Assembly: GCF_018977255.1 (NCBI RefSeq)
Contig: NW_024705536.1
Span: 1-35,886, forward strand
Source of the DNA: Callorhinchus milii
Taxonomy: Eukaryota
Length of the DNA: 35,886 nucleotides
Reading direction: 5' to 3'
The translations under genes and the position numbers were made by a program. The notes under the pieces were generated by a model. The model was not told the origin of the DNA. It did no database searches and saw only the letters and a list, made by a program, of their open reading frames with translations. Numbering within the stretch: position 1 is the first letter of the stretch; each line of letters opens with the position of its first letter. Shown piece after piece: positions 1 to 10,940 of the stretch.

Positions 1-271
1 GGTGCAGGATTCACCCCAGCGTCACTCTTGCACTGGCCTTGCACATTGGCAAGCCACTGGGAGCCATGCAAAAATGTGTGTTTTTATTGAGGCCATACGC
101 GGGACCCCTGTTACATCACGTTGTATCGCGTGCACGAACCGTTAATATTAAGCTAAACCGGTTTATGGAAAGCAGGGGAGTAGAATGATGGGGAGCAGGC
201 CCGCTGTCCCATACAAGGCAGGGCACAACAGTGGGTGGCGCATTTAAGTAAGGGAGAGGGGGTGACAAGCG

Positions 272-416
272 AGGAGCTATTCACTTTCAAAACTTTATTG
301 AAAACTAATTTAATCATAACTGCTTTTTGTGTTTAGTTTGTTGACCTCCCCCCCCCCGCACCGATTAGCGCGGTTGGCTACGTACGGTGCGAAAGAAGTT
401 CAACATACATACATGC
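272..416 (+). mobile_element. LINE (L2-like) 3' end fragment
   Basis: Tail 'ccgattagcgcggttggctacgtacggtgcgaaagaagttcaacatacatacat' recurs at ~13489 (-), ~22330 (+), ~23865 (+); at 22150-22380 it follows an L2-like RT C-terminus. Confidence 0.55.
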
Positions 417-438
417 GGGGAAAGCTACTTGAAGCTTC

Positions 439-678
439 TAGATTTGAAGCTTTCGTGACTGCAAGGATTCATATTCTTAGGTTTTTTCGGTAAAGTCACG
501 TAGGTAAAAAATTAAAATTAATAAAAGTAAAATAAAATAAAAATCACGACATTTCGGAGGCAACACAAGCTTCCGTCTTGTGTTGCCTCCGAAACGTCGT
601 GATTTTTATTTTTATTTTACTTTTATTAATTTTAATTTTTTACCTACGTGACTTTACCGAAAAAACTAAGAATATAAA
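439..678. mobile_element. Fold-back mini Penelope-like element with 13-bp TSD
   Basis: TSD tacttgaagcttc at 426-438 and 679-691; ~100-bp inverted arms containing cgtgactttaccgaaa and a hammerhead truncated at the fold point. Confidence 0.85.
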
Positions 679-1377
679 TACTTGAAGCTTCCAATCTAAG
701 CAAACTCGCGGCTTGAATCACATTGCCAAAATATCAATGTTGTGCACCCGGCACCAATTTGTACTCACTGAAGTCTCTATTGTAATTGATTTAAAAAAAC
801 AGATGAAAGTGCAATGCGTATATAACTAAAGTGCATGATATAAAACTGAAAAGAAATGAAACAAGTCGCTTGTAGCATTACGCAAGAATCCAGTCGGTCT
901 TTCCAGCAAGCATCGGAATATTAGATTCTGTCCACCAAGAAGAAACAAGTAAATATATATTCAAGTCCCTACTCAGGTAAAGGTGCAGCACTGCAATTGC
1001 TTGCTCACACCACTGCTGGTGGAAGGGCCTCCACTGGAGCGGTGGTTCTCAAACTTGCAGACCGGTCAGCCGATGTAAACATTTCTGCGGACACCACTCA
1101 GCCAGCCCCCCACGTGCAGACTTGGTGACAAATCGCAATCGCTTCTCGCTCTCTACATACCACTCATACAAAATAAATCACATTACCAAAACATGTATTT
1201 TTTACGCAACTGTCATGCTTTTTTTTTAGATCTTAGAGTTTAGGGTAGTTAATCAGGGTAGTTTACCCTGACATTTGTTCTCATTAAGCATCATACGTAA
1301 AAGATGAATTCATGTCGAAAACAAAATCTTATCTATAAAAGTAATGTTTTACTTAAAACTTTTATGACTGCAGGAAT

Positions 1378-1891
1378 TACGTACACCAAGCTCTCAAGGC
1401 GAATGGATATTCTGACTACACAATCCGCAAAGCCATCACCCCAACCGTGAGGAAGGAGCCATCTGAAGGTCCAGTCAAAACCATCACCCTGCCATACATA
1501 GCAGGGGTAACCAAAAATATTTCTAAAATCATGAACAAATACAAGATCCAGGTCTGATTTAACACAGTACATAAAATTCGTGATCTGCAATATCCCAGCT
1601 TAGTTAGTAGATGCAATATCCCGGCATCTACTAACTAAGCTGTATCTGCGCAGCAGTTACATTGGGAAAACTAAGCGACATGTCTCTGGCCGTGTTCATG
1701 AGCACAAGGCAGATTTGAAACACGGTAGGTCAAATACTTCTGCGATGGTACTTTACAAGCCTACTGGCTATCAACAACGATTCGTTCACGAAGCCATCCA
1801 TGTATACAGACACAGACACAATTTTAACCGAGCGGATGGTTATCGACTCAGCAATCATTGTAAAGATGTTATCAACCACTTTGGGTCATGA
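1378..1891 (+). pseudogene. PLE reverse transcriptase C-terminus plus GIY-YIG endonuclease, disrupted
   Basis: Manual translation: YVHQALKANGYSDYTIRKA...TLPYIAGVTKNISKIMNKYKIQV*F; SSYIGKTKRHVSGRVHEHK; RFVHEAIHVYRHRHNFNRADGYRLSN. These match PLE NGY/LPY, YIG.T.R..R..EH and EA.H...N.N..G motifs; stops and frameshifts present. Confidence 0.85.
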
Positions 1892-1977
1892 CTTGACTTG
1901 TGTTTTCTTGTCAATCAACCTCCACCGTCAGCAGTGTGGTGTGTGGAGCGGGGTGCAGTGATTTTCTGGTGGCCCTT

Positions 1978-2048
1978 TGCTGCATTGGCATTGCTGCTGC
2001 ATTGGCATTGCTGCTGCATTGGCATTGCTGCTGCATTGGCATTGCTGC
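1978..2048. repeat. 17-bp tandem repeat (tgctgcattggcattgc) x~4
   Basis: Direct reading, inside the PLE 3' region. Confidence 0.9.
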
Positions 2049-2138
2049 CCCGCACATGCTGCTGGTGCTGCTGATACACTTGGGCTACGCCCATCTCCAA
2101 ACCTTTATAAACAGTTTGCCTTTAGAGGCTAACCCCTT

Positions 2139-2180
2139 TTCCTGATGACGACCGCTTGTGTTGCGATCGAAACGTCGTGG
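2139..2180 (+). ncRNA. Minimal type I hammerhead ribozyme motif (degenerate)
   Basis: CTGATGA 2142-2148, stem II gaccgc/gcgatc (1 mismatch), GAAAC-GTC 2169-2176; stem I weak. Confidence 0.65.
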
Positions 2181-2637
2181 TATTTTTATTCACTTTATTT
2201 TATTTAACATGTTTCTACATACATGACTTTACCGAAAGAACCAATGAATTAAGTCATTTTTGTCTGTCCTTCCGTGTGTCTGCATGTCTGTCTGCGCGGG
2301 TACCTTGAGACGTTTTTAACTGACAAACTGTGGGGTTTACATATCGAAAAAGTACACGGATACCACGCCGTATGCCCCGGATGAAAAACGCTATTCGTAT
2401 TTCACATCTGTCAACTTTAAGTAGTTAAATTAACAATTATTCCCTTTTATAAGCACAGGGTGGCACCAGAGCACGCATCTGCGCATGCACAGAAGCCGGC
2501 TCCGTGGTGGTGGTCGCCTAGCAACGCACACACGCGATCGGTGGGGGGAATTCTCATTCGCGTAAAAATGCAAAAAAAATACACGCTGAGGTAAATTCTT
2601 CACAGTGTGATGTCCTCTTCTCCCCAATGTGTGCACT

Positions 2638-3418
2638 TACTACTATAGGGTCGGTAGATACTACTATTATATCCTTAGATAATATTATTGTAGAGCGGCG
2701 GGGGGGTGGGGGGGGGTGGGTAGCAGCCCAGCCCCAGCCTGCAAAGGTGCCACCTTGGCCGGCTGGGCAATCTAGGCGAGGCCGGGGGCTCTGCACGGGA
2801 CTAGGCCTCACCACTACACTCTGTGAAGTTAGTATTATAGAGTCGATATATACTATTATAGAGTCGGTATATACGACTGCAAGAGTAGGTAGATACTACT
2901 GTAGAGTTTGTAGTTACTGCTACTGTAGAGCGGCGTTGGGGGGGGGGTATAGCAGCCCAGCCCCAGCCTGCCAAGGTGCCACCTCGGCGGCTGGGCAATC
3001 TAGGCAAGGCCGGGGCTCTCCACGGGACTAGGCCTCACAACGGCACTTTGTATACTTACTAGATACTATTATAGAGTCGATAGATACTATTATACGACTA
3101 TAGAGTCGGTAGATACGACTGTAAAGTCGGGAGATACTACTGCAAAGTCAGTATATGCTACTGTAGAGTCAGTAGATACTGCTATAGAGTAAGCAGATAC
3201 TGCTATAGAGTTTGTAGTTACGACTATGGTCAGTAGATACTACTATAGAGTCAGTAGATACTGCTATAGAGTCAGTCGATACTGCTATAGTCAGCAGATA
3301 CTACTATAAAGTTAATAGTTACTACAATAGTGAGTTGATACTACTTTAGAGTCAATATATACGACTATACAATCAGTAGATACTACTGAAGTCATTAGAT
3401 ACTACTTTAGAGTTAGTA
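2638..3418. repeat. ~21-bp satellite (gatactactatagagtcagta) with two copies of a GC-rich block
   Basis: Degenerate tandem units; the array continues at 8042-8355 and 9103-9130, beyond the inserted Helitrons. Confidence 0.8.
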
Positions 3419-5348
3419 CTAGCTGTACTACCCGGCTTCGCCCGGGACTTGTATCCACCACGGCCGGCCGCCTTTGTCTCCCCAGTGGCGATGTTAATAC
3501 GCCACACCAGTTACTCGTTTGAGGCTGAGTCGACCTAGGGGAGGTTCAAATAATCTTGACCGGTGGTGGCCATGAGCGGGAATCGAACTGGGTTCGCCGG
3601 GTTGGTAGCGCAGCGTAGCGTTAACCACTACACCCACCGCTCCTCACACACACAGACGCACAGACACACACAGACAGACACAGACAGACACACAGACACA
3701 CAGACAGCACGCTAACCACTACACTACCGCTCCCCACACACCACACACGCACACACACAGACACACGCACAGACACACACGCACACACACAGACACACAC
3801 ACACAGACACACACACACAGGCAGCACGCTAAGCACTACACTACCGTTCCCCTACACAACACACGCGCACACACACAGACGACGAAGATGAAGATCCCCC
3901 GTATAGCCTGAACAGACTGTAGGGGCAAGTGCTGTTAGCGAGCACCTATGAAGGCCGGAACGGTACACGAGGGGTGGGTGGCCAGCACCACGCCCGACCG
4001 CCTTTGTCTCCCAGTGGCGATGTTTACACACCGCACCAGGTACTCATTTAAGGCTGAGTCGACCTAGGGGAGGCCCAGGACCGGTTCAGATAATCGTCAC
4101 TGGTGTTGGCCGTGAGCGGGAATCGAACCCGGGTCGCCAGGTTCATAGCGCAGCGCGCTAACCGCTACACTACCGCTCCCCCACACACACACACACACAG
4201 ACACACACACAGACACACAGACACACACACACACAGACACAGACACACACAGACACACACACACAGACACAGACAGCACGCTAACCACTACATACCGCCC
4301 CACACACCACACACACACACACAGACACACACACAGACACACACACAGACACACACACACAGACACACACACAGGCAGCACGCTAAGCACTACACTACCG
4401 TCCCCTACACAACACACGCGCACACACAGACACACACACAGACACACACACACAGACACACAGACAGACACACACACACAGACACACAGACAGCACGCTA
4501 ACCACTACACTACCGCTCCCACACACCACACACGCACACACACAGACACACACACAGACACACACACACACAGGCAGCACGCTAAGCACTACACTACCGT
4601 TCCCCCTACACAACACACGCGCGCGCGTCCATAGGTACACATACACGCGCTTGCTGCAGACACACACAGACACACACACAATACACACACACTACACACA
4701 GACATACACATACATACAAACACACACATACATACACACAATACATACACAATACACACACACACACATACAGACACACACATACATACACACAAACACA
4801 TACAGACACATACATACACACATACATACAGACACACAGACATACACATAAACACATACACACATAGTCATGACCTGGCTTTGCCCGGGACTTGTATCCA
4901 CCACGCCCGGCCGCCTTTGTCTCCCCAGTGGCGATGTTAATACGCCACACCAGTTACTCGTTTTGAGGCTGAGTCCCTCCCTCGCCACTCTGCCTCCCTT
5001 GCCACTCTGTAGAGGACGTGAAATTTGTATGAATTTACCTCAGAGTGGCGTGTTGGGTGTCGAGGCCTAGCACCGTGCAGAGCCTCCCGCCTTGCCTGAT
5101 TTTCCCACCCGGCGAACGCTGGGTACGGGTGCCGGTCCCCCCCCCCCCCCCCGCGCTATTAAAAATGGCGTCCACCCCGCGGCGAAAAGTTGCTACTCGT
5201 TGCCAGGGGCAACCGCCGTCCAATGAAAGCGGCGAAGGCGTCGTTAGCTGTTGCCAGGGGCAACCGCCGTCCAATGAAAGTGCGTATGGTCCGAAATCCA
5301 CACACACATACACAGACAGACAGACATGCACGATTTTATATATATAGA
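3419..5348 (-). mobile_element. Non-autonomous Helitron, tandem unit 1 (extended)
   Basis: Minus strand begins TCTATATATATAAAATCG (5348) and ends cccgggcgaagccggg-tagtacagCTAG (3419), followed by host T. Confidence 0.8.
3881..4182 (-). mobile_element. Full-length tRNA-derived SINE inside Helitron unit 1
   Basis: A box tagtgtagcgg, B box ggttcgattcc, central gtcgactcagcc..aatgagtacc..aaaggcgg, simple-repeat tail; near-identical to 26078-26388. Confidence 0.85.
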
Positions 5349-5994
5349 CTAGTTGTACTACCCGGCTTCGCCCGGGACTTGTATCCACCACGGCCGGCCG
5401 CCTTTGTCTCCCCAGTGGCGATGTTAATACGCCACACCAGTTACTCGTTTGAGGCTGAGTCGACCTAGGGGAGGTTCAAATAATCTTGACCGGTGGTGGC
5501 CATGAGCGGGAATCGAACTGGGTTCGCCGGGTTGGTAGCGCAGCGTAGCGTTAACCACTACACCCACCGCTCCTCACACACACAGACGCACAGACACGCA
5601 CACAGACACACACACAGACACACGCAGACACACACAGACAGACACAGACAGACACACAGACACACAGACAGCACGCTAACCACTACACTACCGCTCCCCA
5701 CACACCACACACGCACACACACAGACACACGCACAGACACACACACAGACACACAGACACACACACACAGACACACACACAGGCAGCACGCTAAGCACTA
5801 CACTACCGTTCCCCCTACACACCACACACGCACACACACAGACACACACACAGACACACACACACAGACACACACACACAGACACACAGACAGCACGCTA
5901 ACCACTACACTACCGCTCCCCACACACCACACACGCACACACACAGACACACACACAGACACACACAGCACGCTAACCACTACACTACCGCTCC

Positions 5995-6025
<31 letters not shown>

Positions 6026-7551
6026 CACACACAAGAGAGACACACACACACAGACACACACACAGACACACACACACAGACACACACACAGGCAGCACGC
6101 TAAGCACTACACTACCGTTCCCCCTACACAACACACGCGCACACACACAGACACACACACAGACACACACACACAGACACACAGACAGACACACACACAC
6201 ACAGACACACAGACAGCACGCTAACCACTACACTACCGCTCCCCACACACCACACACGCACACACACAGACACACACACAGACACACACACACAGGCAGC
6301 ACGCTAAGCACTACACTACCGTTCCCCTACACAACACACGCGCACACACACAGACACACACACAGACACACACACACAGACACACAGACAGACACACACA
6401 CACAGACACACACACAGACACACACACAGACACACAGACACACACACACAGACACAGACAGCACGCTAACCACTACAATACCGCTCCCCACACACAACAC
6501 ACACACACAGACACACACACAGACACACAGACACACAGACACACACACAGGCAGCACGCTAAGCACTACACTACCGTTCCCCCTACACAACACACGCGCA
6601 CACACACAGACACACACACAGACACACACACACAGACACACACACACACACAGACACACAGACAGCACGCTAACCACTACACTACCGCTCCCCACACACC
6701 ACACACGCACACACACAGACACACAGACAGCACGCTAACCACTACACTACCGCTCCCCACACACCACACACGCACACACACAGACACACACACAGACACA
6801 CACACACACAGGCAGCACGCTAAGCACTACACTACCGTTCCCCCTACACAACACACGCGCACACACACAGACACACACACAATACACACACACATACACA
6901 CAGACATACACATACATACAAACACACACATACATACACACAAATACATACACAATACACACACACACACATACAGACACACACATACATACACACAAAC
7001 ACATACAGACACATACATACACACATACATACAGACACACAGACATACACATAAACACATACACACATAGTCATGACCTGGCTTTGCCCGGGACTTGTAT
7101 CCACCACGCCCGGCCGCCTTTGTCTCCCCAGTGGCGATGTTAATACGCCACACCAGTTACTCGTTTTGAGGCTGAGTCCCTCCCTCGCCACTCTGCCTCC
7201 CTCGCCACTCTGTAGAGGACGTGAAATTTGTATGAATTTACCTCAGAGTGGCGTGTTGGGTGTCGAGGCCTAGCACCGTGCAGAGCCTCCCGCCTTGCCT
7301 GATTTTCCCACCCGGCGAACGCTGGGTACGGGTGCCGGTCCCCCCCCCCCCGCGCTATTAAAAATGGCGTCCACCCCGCGGCGAAAAGTTGCTACTCGTT
7401 GCCAGGGGCAACCGCCGTCCAATGAAAGCGGCGAAGGCGTCGTTAGCTGTTGCCAGGGGCAACCGCCGTCCAATGAAAGTGCGTATGGTCCGAAATCCAC
7501 ACACACATACACAGACAGACAGACAGACATGCACGATTATATATATATAGA
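5349..7551 (-). mobile_element. Non-autonomous Helitron, tandem unit 2 (extended)
   Basis: Same TC 5' end (7551) and hairpin+CTAG 3' end (5349); long CA-microsatellite/SINE-head array. Confidence 0.8.
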
Positions 7552-8041
7552 CTAGCTGTACTACCCGGCTTCGCCCGGGACTTGTATCCACCACGCCCGG
7601 CCGCCTTTGTCTCCCCAGTGGCGATGTTAATACGCCACACCAGTTACTCGTTTTGAGGCTGAGTCCCTCCCTCGCCACTCTGCCTCCCTTGCCACTCTGT
7701 AGAGGACGTGAAATTTGTATGAATTTACCTCAGAGTGGCGTGTTGGGTGTCGAGGCCTAGCACCGTGCAGAGCCTCCCGCCTTGCCTGATTTTCCCACCC
7801 GGCGAACGCTGGGTACGGGTGCCGGTCCCCCCCCCCCCCCCGCGCTATTAAAAATGGCGTCCACCCCGCGGCGAAAAGTTGCTACTCGTTGCCAGGGGCA
7901 ACCGCCGTCCAATGAAAGCGGCGAAGGCGTCGTTAGCTGTTGCCAGGGGCAACCGCCGTCCAATGAAAGTGCGTATGGTCCGAAATCCACACACACATAC
8001 ACAGACAGACAGACAGACATGCACGATTTTATATATATAGA
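7552..8041 (-). mobile_element. Non-autonomous Helitron, minimal 490-bp unit 3
   Basis: TC 5' end at 8041 preceded by host A (t8042 on +); hairpin+CTAG at 7552; near-identical to the 5' ~475 bp of units 1 and 2. Confidence 0.8.
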
Positions 8042-8355
8042 TTCACTACTATAGAGTCATCAGATACTACTATAGAATCAGAAGTTACTACTATAAAGTC
8101 AGAAGTTAATAGTATTGAGTTAGTTACTACTATAGTCAGTTTCTACTGACTGTATAGTAGTATCTCCTGACTGTAGCAGTATTTACTGACCGTAGTGGTA
8201 TCTACTGACTGCAGTAGTATCCATTGACTCACTAGTAGTATCTGCCGACTCTATAGTAGTAGCAACCAACTCTATAATAGTAAATACTGATTTGACAGTA
8301 GTATCTAATGACTTTAGTAGTATCTACTGAATCTATAGTCGTATCTATTGACTGT
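8042..8355. repeat. 21-bp satellite continuation, orientation flips near 8140
   Basis: tactactatagagtc units up to ~8140, then the reverse complement gactctatagtagta. Confidence 0.75.
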
Positions 8356-8360
8356 GTAAG

Positions 8361-9077
8361 TGTAGTGTGTTTAATTTAAGACGCACACTTGAACTTGGAG
8401 GCAACACGTTTATTTAACACAACAGGTAACTCTAACAGGATAACAACATAGGGTGGTGACCACCACGGCTATCTTAACTAACACTCGGAGGGATAACTAT
8501 ATACAGTAAAACCTTGGATTGCGAGCATAATTCGTTCTGGAAACGTATATCAGTTGTGATCACGTGACGCTCGGCAGACAAAGCGTATACACGTACTACT
8601 CGTATTGCAAGACCTCACTCGTTTATCAAATATAATATTTATTTTAAAAATTTGCTCGTCTTGCAAAACACTCGCAGACGAAGTTACTCGCAATCCAAGG
8701 TTTTACTGCAGTCGGACCAGGACAGCTAAGAGGCTGCCTGGTCCACCCGTGAAGATCGGAGACCGAGGATCGAGGATTGAGGATGGCAACTTCATTCCCA
8801 GAGTTGAACCCCCGAGATCCCTCTCGGTACCCTGCTGAGAACTGCTCCGGCGTGGCCGGGCCCCGCCCTTTTCCACGCCCCCTTCCAGAACCCTCATGGG
8901 GACTCTGGATCCCCGTCACGTGATCCTCTCACCCCCAACTGGGGGTCCCCCTGCCCCTCTTGTCCGGTCACGTGTCCTCTCGGGTTCACTTGGTTGTCAC
9001 GTTCTCACGCGACCTCTCTCTCAGTGACACCCTCGCTCCGCCCTGACTACCACTCCTCATTCGGCGCTGTCGCTACA
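8361..9077. mobile_element. Possible solo LTR
   Basis: TGTAGTG...CGCTACA inverted termini, AATAAA on minus strand near 8410; no TSD found. Confidence 0.4.
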
Positions 9078-9165
9078 TCATGGTGACACCCTCGAGGCCA
9101 TTACTCTACTATAGAGTCACTAGATACTATTCACACTATTGTATGTAGGGTGTGTAGGTATATAT

Positions 9166-9349
9166 TCTTAGGGTTTTTTTCGGTAAAGTCACATAGGTAA
9201 AAATGTAAATAAAAAAATATATAATTTTTATTTATTTTTAAATAATTTTTTATTTAACTTTTATTAAATTTTATTTTTAACCTACGTGACTTTACCGAAA
9301 AAACCTAAGAATATGAATCCTTGCAGTCACGAAAGCTTCAAATCTAGAA
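9166..9349. mobile_element. Fold-back mini PLE with 15-bp TSD
   Basis: TSD tgtgtaggtatatat at 9151-9165 and 9350-9364; inverted arms; too short to include the hammerhead. Confidence 0.85.
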
Positions 9350-9860
9350 TGTGTAGGTATATATGGGGTAAAAACATTTTTTGAGGGGGGTGGGTCGACA
9401 ATTTTCCTAAACCTTTTAGATCAACTATTTACCCCCCACTTTCCATAACTTTTTGGACTTCTGAAAGCCTCTTATACTTTTGTTGACGGACAAATTGACA
9501 GTCAAAGGCCACGCCGGAATTTCACAATAGCTTAGTATTTGTGTATGTATATGTTATGTTTTTAATAAAAGTTTTGAAATGTATTTTTCCCCCGGGCAAT
9601 GCTGGGTACTTCCCGCTAGTGTATAATAAACATCTGGATCAAGCTGCGTTTGCATCACAGCCACAACTGACCACCTGGAGGAGCGTCGCGGACCCACCGT
9701 TGGTACCGGGAACCACCACTGCTCTTGAGGGAACTCCAGAGAGCCCCTCTGGAGGGTATTTGGCCTACTCTTCCATGCCAGCCAGACATCATGGAGAGGT
9801 GGAAGAACCCACACTTTGCCGCACCACACACACAGCCTGCCGATCGACTGTGGTTCATTC

Positions 9861-10117
9861 TTTTCGATTTAAAGCTTTCGTGACTGCAGGGATTCATCTT
9901 CTTGGTTCTTAAAGTCACGTAGAAGGGAAGTAATAAAATAATAATAAAACATAATAAAATAATTCTCACGACGTGCTGTCTTCCCAACAGACCTGTTCTT
10001 TACCTGAGGATGGCTGCTTGCGTTGTGGCCGAAACGTCGTGAGAATTATTTTATTGTTTAATTTTTATTATTTTATTATTTCCCTTCTACGTGACTTTAC
10101 CGAAAGAACCAAGAAGA
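9861..10117. mobile_element. Fold-back mini PLE with 12-bp TSD
   Basis: TSD tgtggttcattc at 9849-9860 and 10118-10129; inverted arms; hammerhead in the right arm. Confidence 0.85.
10001..10041 (+). ncRNA. Minimal hammerhead ribozyme motif
   Basis: tac-CTGAGGA-t-ggctgc(ttgcgtt)gtggcc-GAAAC-GTC-gtg. Confidence 0.7.
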
Positions 10118-10286
10118 TGTGGTTCATTCCTTTCTTACTTGTGGGTGCAGAGAGGTGGAGGTATTATGGAAACCCGCGCATTGTGTCAAGTCCCTCCTCA
10201 CATGGCTGGCAATAAAAAAACATCCTTAGCATATGTGCAGCACAGACATGAAGATTGTGGCCTCAGCAGCTTTCCCCCTCTTTTTC

Positions 10287-10386
10287 TTCCTGATGACAAA
10301 CGCTTGTGTTGCAATCGAAACGTCGTAGTTTTTTGTTATTTTCTTTGAACCTATCTACGTGACTTTACCGAAATACCCAAAGAATA
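10287..10386 (+). mobile_element. PLE 3' fragment with degenerate hammerhead
   Basis: CTGATGA 10290-10296...GAAACGTC 10317-10324, followed by ctacgtgactttaccgaaa. Confidence 0.7.
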
Positions 10387-10816
10387 GTTATATATATAGC
10401 TCATTGAGCCTTACCTGTTAAAATAAAAACATAGGGGTTAGTTTAGTTGTATTATTATTATTATTTGACAATGAACTCTCCGTTAAAGTGGGATGCAGCA
10501 AGATATTTGTAGTGGGCAGTCCAGCAGTCGTTGAGATGTCTTCTCGCGTGTATGTGGCGTCTCTCTGGGTAGACCGGTTTCCTTTTGTGTGTCCGAACAC
10601 GAATACAGAGAAAAGTATCCAAACATCCTCAACAACGTTTTCTATCTTCCAAAAATCTGCAGTCCTTTCAAATAAATACAGGACAATGGAAAACACCGCG
10701 CTGCGATGCGCGCTGAGCAGTAGATGCGCATAGAACTTGCGTTTATATTGGTAGGAACCACCTGCTACCACCAGCCCACAGGGGATTATTGTGTCCGTCC
10801 GTCGTGCATCCAAAAT

Positions 10817-10940
10817 GGGAGGGGTGGGGCTGGGTGGAGAGGGGAGGGTGGAGAGGGGAGGGTGGGGAGGGGCTGGGTGGGGAGGGTGGGTGAGGCTGGG
10901 TAGGGGGTGGGAGGGGTGGGGCTGGGTGGGGAGGGGCTGG
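10817..10940 (+). repeat. G-rich low-complexity tract (GGG-run repeats), G4-prone
   Basis: Many GGG/GGGG runs separated by 1-4 nt. Confidence 0.75.

Larger units (their letters stand above)
1351..2250 (+). mobile_element. 5'-truncated Penelope-like retroelement
   Basis: RT-thumb/GIY-YIG remnants, hammerhead at 2142, family 3' motif tgactttaccgaaagaacc; short inverted 3'-extension (ttaaaacttttatgactgcaggaatt) at its 5' end; degenerate TSD aagtaatgttt/aagtcattttt. Confidence 0.85.
1327..9619 (+). mobile_element. Putative outer non-autonomous Helitron hosting nested insertions
   Basis: A|TCTTATCTATAAAAG start at 1327 continues, after removing the PLE, into tgtctgtc microsatellite (~2260); 2750-2830 resembles the body of the inner Helitrons; 3' hairpin cccgggcaatgctggg and CTAG|T at 9591-9620. 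Pairing of the two ends is inference. Confidence 0.5.

Noticed and set aside
439..678. Classifying the palindromic elements as MITEs
   Set aside because: Unequal ends, variable 12-15 bp TSDs, hammerhead and linkage to a GIY-YIG RT indicate PLE retrotransposition.
5660..6850. CRISPR-like pattern of ~30-bp repeats with spacers
   Set aside because: Spacers are CA microsatellite, repeats are SINE heads, no cas genes, eukaryotic context.
3621..7191. Long ORFs rich in VC/HT/TH
   Set aside because: Translations of CA/TG microsatellite; same for 24638-25703.
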